A stretch of 64,000 bases of DNA. Origin: a virus. Below are positions 1 to 8,730 of the stretch, one piece after another. The stretch lies in the IMG/VR virus record IMGVR_UViG_3300042315_000201. One strand, 5' to 3'. Below the pieces are notes generated by a model. It saw only the letters and a list, made by a program, of their open reading frames with translations. It ran no database searches and had not been told where the DNA came from. Position numbers and translations under genes: made by a program. The first letter of the stretch is position 1. Every line of letters begins with the position of its first letter.

Positions 1-138
1 GACGATGTTACAATGAGTGAATACATAGATACATTCTACGCATTATTAATTGGGGTTACATTCCATGAAAATACAATTATTGAAGGGTTTAGAGATTTTT
101 TAGAAGAAAAAGATTTTTATAAAAAAGAAGAAATATGA
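1..138 (+). CDS. hypothetical protein, 5'-truncated by window edge
   Basis: Open frame from base 1 (DDVTMSEYIDTFYALLIG...) ending at TGA 136-138, overlapping the next ATG (ATGA). Confidence 0.5.
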   Translation, partial: DDVTMSEYIDTFYALLIGVTFHENTIIEGFRDFLEEKDFYKKEEI

Positions 139-812
139 AAATATGGCACATCTCCGATACTCACACGTATCACGACTTATTAAAAGTACCTAAAGGCATT
201 GATATGGTAATACATTCTGGCGATTGTAGTAATCCTAGAGATCCATACAATAACGAGCCTGAGGTTAGAGAATTCATTGACTGGTATAAAGAGTTATCAC
301 CTAAGTATAAAATATATGTAGCTGGTAACCATGATTCTAGCATTGAAAAGAAACTAGTAACTAAAAAAGATTTTGAAGACAACGGTATTATATACCTAGA
401 AAATGATTATGTTACCATTGAAGGTATTAAAATATTTGGTTCGCCTTATACACCTAACTTTGGTAATTGGTCCTTTATGAGAGATCGAAATAAACTTGAT
501 CGATTCTGGTGCAGTGCTATACACAATGATACCGATATTGTTGTTACTCACGGCCCTCCTAAGGGTATTTTAGACAAGTCTGAAACCCGTGAAGGCTTAA
601 TGGAATGCTGCGGTGATAAATCTTTACTTAATAAGTTATTAGAAGTACAACCTGCATATCATTTATTTGGCCATATTCATAACTGTAGAGGTGTTGTTAA
701 TGCTGGAATGCAAAAGTTAAGTGTATGTGATACATTCTTTAGCAATGGATCGGTGGTGACTGATGGAAAATTTGGAAAATTAAGTAGTAACGGTAATACA
801 TTAGTAATATGA
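135..812 (+). CDS. calcineurin-like metallophosphoesterase
   Basis: Motifs HISDTH, IHSGD, VAGNHD, VTHGPP and HLFGHIH in the canonical order. Confidence 0.9.
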   Translation: MKIWHISDTHTYHDLLKVPKGIDMVIHSGDCSNPRDPYNNEPEVREFIDWYKELSPKYKIYVAGNHDSSIEKKLVTKKDFEDNGIIYLENDYVTIEGIKIFGSPYTPNFGNWSFMRDRNKLDRFWCSAIHNDTDIVVTHGPPKGILDKSETREGLMECCGDKSLLNKLLEVQPAYHLFGHIHNCRGVVNAGMQKLSVCDTFFSNGSVVTDGKFGKLSSNGNTLVI

Positions 813-1054
813 AAGCAATATTAGAATTTAATTTGCCCGATGACCAAATGGAGTTTAATAGAGTGAACCAGTCAATGGATATGGCTTGTGCTTTGTTCGA
901 TATATTAAACCTACGTAAACGTTTATCAGGGCATTACGACACATTCACTGACGAAAATATACCTGACGCTTATGATGCGCTATATAGAATGGCAGATGAA
1001 ATAGCAGAGATACTTAACGACCATAATATAGTCATTGATAAATTGATAGATTAA
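809..1054 (+). CDS. hypothetical phage protein
   Basis: 81-aa ORF translationally coupled to both neighbours (ATGA and TAATG overlaps). Confidence 0.7.
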   Translation: MKAILEFNLPDDQMEFNRVNQSMDMACALFDILNLRKRLSGHYDTFTDENIPDAYDALYRMADEIAEILNDHNIVIDKLID

Positions 1055-1263
1055 TGAAACCAATTCACAAGTTTAACAACGGACGTGGCGCAACATTATG
1101 TCACTGTTGCAGTAAAATTATAACCACAGGTTTTACACAAGATTTATTTTGTGATGAAATCTGTGATAAAAAGTACTATGTTAAAGCAAACTGGGATATA
1201 AAAGAATTTTATGAACAGATGGATAAAGAAGTCCATCAAAATAGAGGTAACCTAAACAAATAG
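1054..1263 (+). CDS. small Cys-containing hypothetical protein
   Basis: 69 aa with LCHCC and FCDEIC pairs; coupled to the upstream ORF. Confidence 0.6.
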   Translation: MKPIHKFNNGRGATLCHCCSKIITTGFTQDLFCDEICDKKYYVKANWDIKEFYEQMDKEVHQNRGNLNK

Positions 1264-1265
1264 TC

Positions 1266-1298
1266 TTACAAAACAAATACGAATAACAACTGATAATA
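1266..1298 (+). promoter_or_regulatory. copy of repeated early promoter-like motif (YTACA..ACGA-N8-TGATAATA)
   Basis: TTACAAAACAAATACGA at 1266 and TGATAATA exactly 25 nt downstream of its start; lies upstream of the ATG at 1329. Confidence 0.75.
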
Positions 1299-1328
1299 TT
1301 AATATAAACAAACAAACAACTAAAAACA

Positions 1329-1730
1329 ATGGAAAAAATTAATGATCTTTTTGATGTACAAATAGCGAAAACTATAGATGCTTATCCAAGTATCTTTTCT
1401 AAAGACGACGTAATAACGTTGTTATCCAGTTTAAGAACTGAATCTCTGCATGCTATACACGAAATGTTACCGCAACCAAGCGCTTATCTTATTGATGAGG
1501 AAAAGTTCCAAGAGTTCAATGCAGCTGTTAGAAGCAAGTTAGAATACTTCTTAGATCGTACTAATACAGAAGTTATTGATTATGACTCTGCTGAGTTTAA
1601 TGTTAACTATGATAATAGAATTGAGTTAGAAAACATCTGTCTTAATAACGATGCTATTACAGAAGAATTAGACGATATATTATTAACTCAGTGGCAACTT
1701 GTTTACGGTGATCTTAAAACAGATGAATAG
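1329..1730 (+). CDS. acidic hypothetical protein
   Basis: 133-aa ORF directly downstream of the promoter motif, A-rich start context. Confidence 0.75.
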   Translation: MEKINDLFDVQIAKTIDAYPSIFSKDDVITLLSSLRTESLHAIHEMLPQPSAYLIDEEKFQEFNAAVRSKLEYFLDRTNTEVIDYDSAEFNVNYDNRIELENICLNNDAITEELDDILLTQWQLVYGDLKTDE

Positions 1731-1731
1731 T

Positions 1732-1968
1732 ATGTCAGATGAAGATATTGAGAAAATTGCATCGAGCGTGTTTCAAAAACTACTGGCGAAGCAAGAAGAA
1801 TGGGACAAGCACTATCATTATTCGTCTGATCGCCAGGCACTTATAGATCAAGTTACTGCGCTGAACATAATTAAAGCGCAGTATATTGCGGATGAGAAAT
1901 ACGAACTAGTAATAGAAATAACAGGTAAAATAAAAGCTATAAGCGATGAACTTGCAAAAAATAATTAG
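1732..1968 (+). CDS. hypothetical protein with UVR-like C-terminal coiled coil
   Basis: ATG at 1732 right after the previous stop; C-terminal YIADEKYELVIEITGKIK resembles the UvrB/C UVR motif. Confidence 0.6.
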   Translation: MSDEDIEKIASSVFQKLLAKQEEWDKHYHYSSDRQALIDQVTALNIIKAQYIADEKYELVIEITGKIKAISDELAKNN

Positions 1969-1969
1969 G

Positions 1970-2083
1970 ATGAGTAAAATAAAAGAATATATAATGGATA
2001 TGAATGAAGAAAGATCCGAAGGAAAAATAATATATGAAACGTTATATGGAACTTATGAATATGAAAAGAGTGACGTAAGCTAA
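1970..2083 (+). CDS. 37-aa hypothetical protein (not in ORF track)
   Basis: MSKIKEYIMDMNEERSEGKIIYETLYGTYEYEKSDVS*; fills the gap between neighbouring ORFs. Confidence 0.4.
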   Translation: MSKIKEYIMDMNEERSEGKIIYETLYGTYEYEKSDVS

Positions 2084-2113
2084 TTAATATAATAAGTAAC
2101 AGGCTAATGTCAC
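2070..2113. repeat. 44-bp inverted-repeat element, copy 1
   Basis: GTGACGTAAGC-N22-GCTAATGTCAC; the right arm contains the ATG (2107) of the HTH gene. Confidence 0.8.
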
Positions 2114-2730
2114 AGTATCAAAGAAACTTAGAATACTTAAATAAAACAAGAGTGATATATAAACAATCTCCTATAAATGATAAACCAACTGAGAAGTTTG
2201 AATGGGGTGATTACTACGAAAATGGAACTGATGAATGTTATGATCTATTTAGAAGTAAAGCTAAGATTCCCACATATAAGTCTTTGAAATGGCATCTATA
2301 TGTTTTATGGTATCTTAATACTTCTATGGATCAAGATCAGTTTGTTAATTTAGCTAAGTTCATTGCAAATAAGAATAACGGATTTGTTACCTTTAATGTT
2401 AATGAAACTTTACTACAAAGCATGATATACGATGTATCTCTTCAGGATCTAGAAACTCCACCGTTTAATAAGACTAGAAAGATTATATTCAATGACAAAT
2501 GTAAATTGAGTTTAAGTGAAAAACTTTCTATTGTTGGACAGATGATTGGTAAAACTAAGAAAGTCTCTGAGAATGATATATATGATATGATGTTATATCT
2601 TAACGATGCTGGTGTAAAAATCACGGTTGTTAAGTTAGCTAATGAATTAGGATGTACAACTAGAACAATACATCGTAATATGAGTAATGAATTAAAAAAA
2701 GAAAAAGAACTATTAAACAAGAACCTATGA
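2107..2730 (+). CDS. DNA-binding protein with C-terminal helix-turn-helix (regulator or Rep-like)
   Basis: C-terminal TVVKLANELGCTTRTIHRNM is a typical HTH. Confidence 0.75.
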   Translation: MSQYQRNLEYLNKTRVIYKQSPINDKPTEKFEWGDYYENGTDECYDLFRSKAKIPTYKSLKWHLYVLWYLNTSMDQDQFVNLAKFIANKNNGFVTFNVNETLLQSMIYDVSLQDLETPPFNKTRKIIFNDKCKLSLSEKLSIVGQMIGKTKKVSENDIYDMMLYLNDAGVKITVVKLANELGCTTRTIHRNMSNELKKEKELLNKNL

Positions 2731-2984
2731 CACTTGAAGAACAAGTTAGACCACACGCTTTATTATGGGATTGCTATAATGATGAGCCAGAAAAATATAA
2801 CCATACTAATAAATTAATAAAAATAGCAGATGAATTTGCTATTGGGTTTGCAGAGTGGATGAACAAAACAGAAAATAGATTAGGTTATCATGAAACTAAA
2901 AATGAATGGTATCATTTTGATTCAGGAAAATGGATAACAACAAAAGAACTATTAGAAACCTATAAAAAAGAAAACAAATTATGA
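2727..2984 (+). CDS. hypothetical protein
   Basis: 85 aa with ATGA overlaps on both sides. Confidence 0.65.
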   Translation: MTLEEQVRPHALLWDCYNDEPEKYNHTNKLIKIADEFAIGFAEWMNKTENRLGYHETKNEWYHFDSGKWITTKELLETYKKENKL

Positions 2985-3391
2985 GAACAAACGTTTTAGA
3001 AACAGTAAAAGTAAATAGCACGGCTATTAATGAAGTAAAGTATGATGTTGAAAACGAAGCTTTACAAGTAGAGTTCGTTAACAAAAGTAAGTATATCTAT
3101 AAAGAAGTGCCTAAGCATGTATTCAATGGTATTGCAGATTCAGATTCAAAAGGTAAGTTTATCAATCAATACATCATTGGCAAATTCAAATACGAAGCTG
3201 TTCCAGCAGCGCCATTAATCCAACATGGGAACGGTGCTATACACGTTACTCGCCTTGAAGTTATTAATCACGCTTCAAATAGCCATGCAATTGGTAGATT
3301 ATTAACATTGTATAAATCTATGGGCGACTTTAATGAAATTGAATTGGATTACCAAGATGGTGGTAAAACTCTTAAAATATTTCTATCTTAG
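2981..3391 (+). CDS. KTSC-domain protein with extra C-terminal domain
   Basis: N-terminal VNSTAINEVKYD..LQVEF..KYIYKEVP..F..I..SDSKGKFINQYI matches the KTSC pattern. Confidence 0.8.
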   Translation: MRTNVLETVKVNSTAINEVKYDVENEALQVEFVNKSKYIYKEVPKHVFNGIADSDSKGKFINQYIIGKFKYEAVPAAPLIQHGNGAIHVTRLEVINHASNSHAIGRLLTLYKSMGDFNEIELDYQDGGKTLKIFLS

Positions 3392-4156
3392 ATGAAGAGT
3401 TATAATATACAAAACTATATCCGCTATAAGGAAGATATTAAACAAGCAATGAGTCGTATTGATGGTAAATTCTGGGACGAATATACTAGAGATGAATTGA
3501 TCATTAAGTTTCTTCCTTTAGTGGAAAATATAGCTAAAAAGTTTTCTACCACAACCCAGGCGTCTGGTGTATTAGATATTACAGATCTTATTCAAGCAGG
3601 TTCAAAAGGCTTAATAATGGCTATTGACAAAATTGAGTGGACAACAATAACTGATTCAGATGATCCAGAAAAAACTATTAAGTCATTTCTATCAAAAAGA
3701 ATTAAGGGCTCAATTAGAAGAGATATGGATATATATCGTGGCAGCATAAAACTTCCAGAACATAAGTTAATTGAAATGAGAAAAGACAATGGCCAAAATC
3801 AAGATATGGTTGCAATGTTTTTCAATTCAATATTCTTAAGTCTAGATGAGCAAATGGAAGATGATAATGACGATAATATGTTATACCAAATTCCAGACAA
3901 ATCTGAAGGCTATAATATAGATCTTATGAATATCTATTTAACTGGATTGCTTAAGAAACATTTAGACCATCGTGAGTTTGAAGTTTTAAGATTAAGTTAT
4001 GGATTAGACTGTGATAAACATTCTGCAATTACTATTGCTGAACTGTTAAATATTGAAGGTAACAGCGCTTATGTTAGAGTTTCAGAATTAAAAAAGCAAG
4101 CAATTAAGAAATTAGTTGACAACGTTGATCCCTCTCAAGTCCTTGATTACCTATAG
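3392..4156 (+). CDS. phage-encoded sigma70-family sigma factor
   Basis: Region 2 (LIIKFLPLVENIAKKF...DLIQAGSKGLIMAIDK...RIKGSIRR), SLD motif, and region 4 (LDHREFEVLRLSYGL..IAELLNI..VRVSELKKQAIKKL). Confidence 0.88.
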   Translation: MKSYNIQNYIRYKEDIKQAMSRIDGKFWDEYTRDELIIKFLPLVENIAKKFSTTTQASGVLDITDLIQAGSKGLIMAIDKIEWTTITDSDDPEKTIKSFLSKRIKGSIRRDMDIYRGSIKLPEHKLIEMRKDNGQNQDMVAMFFNSIFLSLDEQMEDDNDDNMLYQIPDKSEGYNIDLMNIYLTGLLKKHLDHREFEVLRLSYGLDCDKHSAITIAELLNIEGNSAYVRVSELKKQAIKKLVDNVDPSQVLDYL

Positions 4157-4225
4157 TTTAAATGTAAATAGATTATAGAATACGTAACTATATAAATATA
4201 AATATTAAACAATTAAATCAAATAT

Positions 4226-4777
4226 ATGGCAGAAAAAAAAATGACGCTAAATGAAAAGTTAGCAATTATTCAAACAGAATTCAAATCTAAAAAGAGTAGA
4301 TTCAATTCGTTTGGCAAGTACAATTTTAGGTCGGCAGAAGACATATTAGAAGCAACTAAACCGTTTTTATTACGTCTTGGTGTATCAGTAACCGTTACTG
4401 AAGAACTGATTGGATCAACACAGATGTTTCCTATATTGAAATCAACAGCCACAATATCTTGTGACTTAGACAGTATAAGTTCAACGGCAATTGTCGGCGT
4501 TGACTTAGATCAAAAAGGTATGCAAATGCCTCAGAAGTTTGGTTCAGCATCTAGCTATGGTAAAAAGTATGCTCTTGGTAATCTATTCTTAATTGACGAT
4601 ACACAAGATGCAGATCATGGTAAAGCAGATCCAAAACCTAAAGTTAAAATTGAATTAGGCACTGATACTTATAAGAAAGCAGAAGCTTATGTAAAAGATC
4701 AAGCTACATTAGATGTAATACTAGCTAAGTACGATGTTGATCCAAATGCTATACTCGCTCTTAAAAAACTAATATAA
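4226..4777 (+). CDS. ERF-family single-strand annealing recombinase
   Basis: N-terminal KLAIIQTE..K...NSFGKYNFRSAEDIL and GSASSYGKKYALGNLFLIDD..DAD motifs. Confidence 0.85.
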   Translation: MAEKKMTLNEKLAIIQTEFKSKKSRFNSFGKYNFRSAEDILEATKPFLLRLGVSVTVTEELIGSTQMFPILKSTATISCDLDSISSTAIVGVDLDQKGMQMPQKFGSASSYGKKYALGNLFLIDDTQDADHGKADPKPKVKIELGTDTYKKAEAYVKDQATLDVILAKYDVDPNAILALKKLI

Positions 4778-4781
4778 GTAT

Positions 4782-5513
4782 ATGACTAGAGATGAAATTT
4801 TAGAAAAATTAAAAGATGATACACATTATTACGGAGAGTTTGGTTCCCAGTTTATTAGTAATTCAAATATATCGACTCTGCTGACTAATCCTTTACTATT
4901 AAAAGTAAAGAGTGAAGCAAATGTTAACTTTGCTATTGGAGGTTACTTCCATACAATGATATTAGAACCTGATAAGTTAGACAAATACAAAGTAATAGAT
5001 GCAACAACCCGTAATACTAATAAGTATAAAGAATTATCTGGCGGTGAAATATGTTTGTTACAACACGAGGTTGACAAAATAGAATTGATGCGGGACAAGA
5101 TGATGTCCAATAAAATATGTGCTGGACTAATAAAAGGTTTTAATGTAGAGTATGAAGTTCCTGGCATTGCAGAGATTAACAATGTAATGTGGAAAGGTAA
5201 AGCGGATATATTAAACCATGATGAAGGATTGATTATAGATTTGAAAACGACCTCAGATATATCATCATTCCCATATTCAGCAAAGAAATACAACTACGAT
5301 AGCCAAGCGTATATATATAGAAAGTTATTTGGATATGACTTAATATTCATGGCTATAGACAAACAAACCAATCAGATCGGTATATTTGATTGTTCTGAAA
5401 CATTCTTAAAGAGTGGTGAAGATAAAGTTATGAGAGCAATAGACGCTTATACATTATTCTACAAAACAGAGGACTTTGATCCTCAACAACATTTATTAAC
5501 AAAAACACTTTAA
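4782..5513 (+). CDS. PD-(D/E)xK exonuclease (RecE/exonuclease VIII-like)
   Basis: ISNSNI, GGYFHTMILEP, KGKADIL...IIDLKTT and YNYDSQAYIY motifs; adjacent to the annealing protein. Confidence 0.82.
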   Translation: MTRDEILEKLKDDTHYYGEFGSQFISNSNISTLLTNPLLLKVKSEANVNFAIGGYFHTMILEPDKLDKYKVIDATTRNTNKYKELSGGEICLLQHEVDKIELMRDKMMSNKICAGLIKGFNVEYEVPGIAEINNVMWKGKADILNHDEGLIIDLKTTSDISSFPYSAKKYNYDSQAYIYRKLFGYDLIFMAIDKQTNQIGIFDCSETFLKSGEDKVMRAIDAYTLFYKTEDFDPQQHLLTKTL

Positions 5514-5523
5514 TTAAATCAAA

Positions 5524-5703
5524 ATGAAAAGAAGAACAATTGCAGCAGTAAAAACAAGAGTATGTGACGTAACAGGTTTAGAAAGACCAGAGTCTGATTT
5601 CTACAAAAATCAATCGCATTTAAAATCAGTAGACAATTTAAGAAGATCTACAGGAGCAACTAAAAACCAGATGGCTAGGTTTTATCAGCAGCTTACAGCA
5701 TAA
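5524..5703 (+). CDS. 59-aa basic hypothetical protein (not in ORF track)
   Basis: MKRRTIAAVKTRVCDVTGLERPESDFYKNQ...QQLTA*; A-rich start context. Confidence 0.55.
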   Translation: MKRRTIAAVKTRVCDVTGLERPESDFYKNQSHLKSVDNLRRSTGATKNQMARFYQQLTA

Positions 5704-5725
5704 ACACGAATGGCTATTGATAATA
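5693..5725 (+). promoter_or_regulatory. copy of early promoter-like motif upstream of ssb
   Basis: TTACAGCATAAACACGA followed by TGATAATA at the same 25-nt offset as the other copies. Confidence 0.65.
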
Positions 5726-5767
5726 ATAGTATAACAAATAACCTTATAAACAAATAAAACGAGAATT

Positions 5768-6088
5768 ATGGCATCAATTATTAAATGTTCAATCAATTTA
5801 AACGAAATCCCTAAGCACAAAATTATTGACGGTAAGAAAGGAAAGTATTTACCAATCACAATTACAATCAACGATGAGGTTGATCAGTTTGGTAATCAAG
5901 GACCAGTAATGGTTGAACAATCAAAAGAAGAACGTGAAGCGAAAGCCGCTAAAGTTTATCTTGGAAATGTTAAAGTAGTATGGACTAATGGAACTAACGT
6001 TCCTGCGGCGCCAAGACAAGATGGTAGTGGACAACAACCACAACAAGTTAAACAACCAGCAATGGTTGAGGACGATTTACCGTTCTAG
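5768..6088 (+). CDS. ssb: single-stranded DNA-binding protein (phage type)
   Basis: Predicted beta-rich core (GKKGKYLPITI..DQFGN..YLGNVKV), Gln/Gly-rich linker and acidic tail EDDLPF. Confidence 0.75.
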   Translation: MASIIKCSINLNEIPKHKIIDGKKGKYLPITITINDEVDQFGNQGPVMVEQSKEEREAKAAKVYLGNVKVVWTNGTNVPAAPRQDGSGQQPQQVKQPAMVEDDLPF

Positions 6089-6090
6089 AA

Positions 6091-6612
6091 TATACCAATG
6101 CTAACTGTTAGGCTCGACATCTTAGAAAAAAGGTTCACAGTAAGGTCGGCAAACCAGGAACCTTGATCTTATTAATGAAAAGCAATGCAGATTTAAAACT
6201 CTAATGAGCCTTACAATCTAATTAATAAGAAAGACACAGGTTGGTATAATGTACCTATAGCGCTTCCCGTAAGATCAGCCTTTAGGTCTTTTTTAGGTAT
6301 AGGCGCACTAACTTCCTTTTTCAATAGAACGCAATCATTATCTTGTACAAGCTCCGTAACTGATAACTCGGTAAGCTACAGGATATACAAGTGGCGTTAG
6401 GCGGGACCAACTCCGGAGAGGTTAAGTAACATCGCCTTTTATATGGTGTAGCGGTTTTTGAACCATTACCTCATAACACACTTAACAAAGGTTATTTGTA
6501 TTGACACGCACGGCAGCCGAAATTATACTAGTCCTAACTAGGCAATGCGAATAATGAAGACCAGATACCTCACGGTGCGTAGGTAAATTTCAAAGCTGGT
6601 TAATAACCTTTT
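6091..6612 (+). ncRNA. large structured non-coding RNA candidate, family unassigned
   Basis: No ORF of 60 aa or more; perfect helices 6091-6098/6241-6248, 6130-6136/6158-6164, 6167-6176/6221-6230, 6342-6347/6386-6391 and 6487-6496/6602-6611, plus possible pseudoknot 6110-6115/6206-6211; followed by a terminator. Confidence 0.7.
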
Positions 6613-6622
6613 TTAGTTAGTT

Positions 6623-6645
6623 AAACCCCATTTATTGGGGTTTTT
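6623..6645 (+). terminator. rho-independent terminator
   Basis: AAACCCCA-tttat-TGGGGTTT followed by a T run. Confidence 0.75.
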
Positions 6646-6680
6646 CTATCTATAATTAGTAACAACAAATAAAACAATAA

Positions 6681-8390
6681 ATGCAAACAATAGAGATAAA
6701 TGGTTTCTTGATTGACCAATTCAATCAATACAAACTTGAAGAGGGTAAGAGTCAAGGAACATGCCCTCTATGTTCTACCGATAGAAAAGCCAAGAATGAA
6801 AAAGCCAAATGCGCTATGTATGATTGGGATAGAGGTATTGGAACTTGTATGAATTGTAGTAAGACTTTTCAATTGCACACCTACAAACGTAAAGGTGCGT
6901 CTGAAAAAGTTTATGTTAGACCTGCAGAACAAGTTAATGTAACTCCTCCAAGTACTAAGATTGTAGAATGGTTTAAAGACAGAGCAATATCAGAACAAAC
7001 ATTAAACGATTTAGGCGTTACTGAAGGTCTTGAGTTTATGCCTCAAACTGGTAAAAGCGAAAATGCTATACACTTTAATTATTTCATCGGCGATCAACTT
7101 ATAAATATAAAATACAGAGATGGTAGAAAGAACTTTAAGTTGTATAAAGGCGCTGAGAAAGTTTTTTACAATATTAATAGCATTGTGGGTTTTGAGTATT
7201 GTATCATCGTGGAGGGCGAAATGGATGTCCTTGCCTTGCATGAGTCCGGGATCACTAATGCAATATCTGTACCAAATGGGGCAACGCTTAATACAAACAA
7301 TTTAGAATACCTGGATAATTGCATCGACTATTTTGAAGACAAACAAAAAATAATAATAGCAGTTGATTCAGATGCTGCCGGGCAAGCCCTGCAGTCTGAG
7401 TTAGTTAGGAGATTAGGATCAGAAACTTGTTATATTGCAACTTTCGATGATTGTAAGGATGCAAATGAATATTTAATTAAATACGGTAAGGAAGCTTTAT
7501 CTAATAGAATTAGCAGAGCTAAACCTGTGCCATTAGAAAATGTAACAACCTTTAGAGACATAGAAGATGAAGTCACGGATTTTGTACGCAATGGGTTTAA
7601 ACCTGGATTCCAGGTTGGCCTTGAGAATTTCGATAGTATTTTCTCTACTTATACGGGTCAGTTCATCACTGTTACTGGTATACCTAGTTCTGGAAAGTCT
7701 GACTTTGTTGACCAAATGGTTATAGGTTACAATGCTAACTATGGTTGGAAAACTGCTTATGCTTCTCCTGAGAATCACCCTACTTATTTGCATGCTCATA
7801 AGTTAATGAGAAAAACTTGGCAAGGTATGCCCGGCGTTGAAGATATTAAATCAGAGAAGTGGAATCAAGTAGCGGACCATGTTAATGATAATTATTTCTT
7901 TATTGACATGGAACGTTATACTTTAGAATCGGTACTGCGTAAAGGTGCTGAGCTAGTTAAACGTAAAGGAATTAAATGCTTAGTTATTGATCCATTCAAT
8001 AAGGTAAGATCCGCGGATGCTTCTGGCGATGTAAATGTATACACGTTAGAATACTTAAGTCAGATTGAAATCTTTGCTAAAAAGTATGATGTATTAGTTA
8101 TGGTTGTAGCGCATCCAACTAAAATGTATAAAGACAGTAGTGGCAAGATTGAAGAGCCTACTATGTACAACATTAAAGGTGGTGGTGAATGGTACGATGC
8201 ATCATATCATGGATTATTAGTTCATAGAAACTACGAAGACAAAACTGTTAAAGTAAAAGTTCTTAAATGTAAATTTCAAAACCTAGGTGAGAATGGTGCT
8301 GAATGTCATTTCAAGTGGGAACCAGCTTCAGGTTGTTTCTTACCACACGTTCCAGCAGTAAGTTCAGACGATAAGATGCCTTGGGACTAA
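6681..8390 (+). CDS. T7 gp4/Twinkle-like primase-helicase
   Basis: Zinc-binding CPLC...CMNC, TOPRIM IIVEGEMD and AVDSDAAG, Walker A GIPSSGKS, Walker B VIDPFN. Confidence 0.93.
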   Translation: MQTIEINGFLIDQFNQYKLEEGKSQGTCPLCSTDRKAKNEKAKCAMYDWDRGIGTCMNCSKTFQLHTYKRKGASEKVYVRPAEQVNVTPPSTKIVEWFKDRAISEQTLNDLGVTEGLEFMPQTGKSENAIHFNYFIGDQLINIKYRDGRKNFKLYKGAEKVFYNINSIVGFEYCIIVEGEMDVLALHESGITNAISVPNGATLNTNNLEYLDNCIDYFEDKQKIIIAVDSDAAGQALQSELVRRLGSETCYIATFDDCKDANEYLIKYGKEALSNRISRAKPVPLENVTTFRDIEDEVTDFVRNGFKPGFQVGLENFDSIFSTYTGQFITVTGIPSSGKSDFVDQMVIGYNANYGWKTAYASPENHPTYLHAHKLMRKTWQGMPGVEDIKSEKWNQVADHVNDNYFFIDMERYTLESVLRKGAELVKRKGIKCLVIDPFNKVRSADASGDVNVYTLEYLSQIEIFAKKYDVLVMVVAHPTKMYKDSSGKIEEPTMYNIKGGGEWYDASYHGLLVHRNYEDKTVKVKVLKCKFQNLGENGAECHFKWEPASGCFLPHVPAVSSDDKMPWD

Positions 8391-8729
8391 ATGGGTAGTG
8401 GAACTAAAAAGAAAGGGGCCATAGACATGGGCAGTTATTCTTGCAAACTTAGTGAATGCGATGCTAGAGATTGGGGTATAAGAAATGGCATATACATTGC
8501 ACCATTTGCTAAAAGCCCTACTGAATGGTATATAACTATAAATGTTAATGGTAAGATAAGCACAAGTCCTGAAACTTATGGTAAAGTAGAGATATGGAAA
8601 CAAATATATAAATACTATCTTTATTATTATAGTAAGTATACTAAGCAAGAAATAAAAGAAGAGCCTAAAGCAGTAGAAAAACAAATTAAAAAAGAAAAAG
8701 TAATTAACGATAACTTAAAACTATTCTAG
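8391..8729 (+). CDS. hypothetical protein
   Basis: 112-aa ORF packed between primase-helicase and thyA. Confidence 0.65.
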   Translation: MGSGTKKKGAIDMGSYSCKLSECDARDWGIRNGIYIAPFAKSPTEWYITINVNGKISTSPETYGKVEIWKQIYKYYLYYYSKYTKQEIKEEPKAVEKQIKKEKVINDNLKLF

Positions 8730-8730
8730 T

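Noticed and set aside
6091-6612. Group I or II intron, tmRNA or RNase P as the identity of the structured RNA
   Set aside because: Both flanking genes are complete, so nothing is interrupted. I could not recognise group I core motifs, group II domain V or tRNA-like ends. The class remains unassigned pending a covariance-model search.
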